Source: an uncultured Fibrobacteria bacterium
Lineage (GTDB): Bacteria > Fibrobacterota > Fibrobacteria > UBA11236
Length of the DNA stretch: 64,000 nucleotides
Direction of reading: 5' to 3'
Assembly: GCA_963716395.1 (NCBI GenBank)
Contig: OY970309.1
Coordinates: forward strand, 3,008,001 to 3,072,000
Part shown: positions 63,858-64,000 of the stretch, one piece after another
Layout: each line of letters opens with the position of its first letter
Position numbering within the stretch: position 1 is the first letter of the stretch
Translations under genes and position numbers: made by a program
The notes under the pieces: generated by a model
Database searches by the model: none
What the model was told of the DNA's origin: nothing
The model's input: only the letters and a program-made list of their open reading frames with translations

Positions 63858-63885
63858 AGAAATTGAATAAAGAGGAGGCAAGGGC

Positions 63886-64000
63886 ATGATAAGGTTGTTA
63901 CGACGCGCGATTCCGGCTGCGGCGATTCTGGCGTTATGGTCCGGATGCATTGAGCCCGTGGGGAACGGCATCGATATGAACCCCTATGGGGTACCTCCCG
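63886..64000 (+). CDS. Lipoprotein, 5' part only (runs off window end)
   Basis: GAGGAGG RBS; MIRLLRRAIPAAAILALWSGC lipobox. Confidence 0.7.
   Translation, partial: MIRLLRRAIPAAAILALWSGCIEPVGNGIDMNPYGVPP

Overview
A GC-rich bacterial chromosomal segment, gene-dense, with no integrase, transposase or CRISPR array that I can see. The gene content suggests a Fibrobacterota/FCB-like diderm, which is inference only. Housekeeping blocks: beta-oxidation (fadD-fadN-fadA), Rrf2-sucCD-mdh, ilvD, trehalose TPS/TPP fusion, gap-pgk-tpiA-secG-tRNA-Leu-psd, mreBCD-mrdA-rodA-comF and tRNA-Ser. Unusual parts: (1) a ~470-nt densely base-paired intergenic region with two putative pseudoknots that I cannot assign to a known RNA family; (2) directly downstream, an Agl-Glt-like envelope motor operon (OmpA/TSP3, barrel-TPR, giant TPR, MotA/TolQ, two ExbD, TonB-C/GltG-like) running into mreBCD; (3) a dockerin-bearing subtilase translationally coupled to a single-cohesin protein and an ABC exporter; (4) an orphan, highly diverged TssB-TssC-like fusion beside an FHA-lytic transglycosylase gene; (5) an arsM with a double palindromic operator and a possible arsR remnant; (6) a c-type cytochrome gene split by a -1 frame change at an in-phase A_AAA_AAG heptamer. 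All family calls come from motif recognition by eye; no database searches were run.
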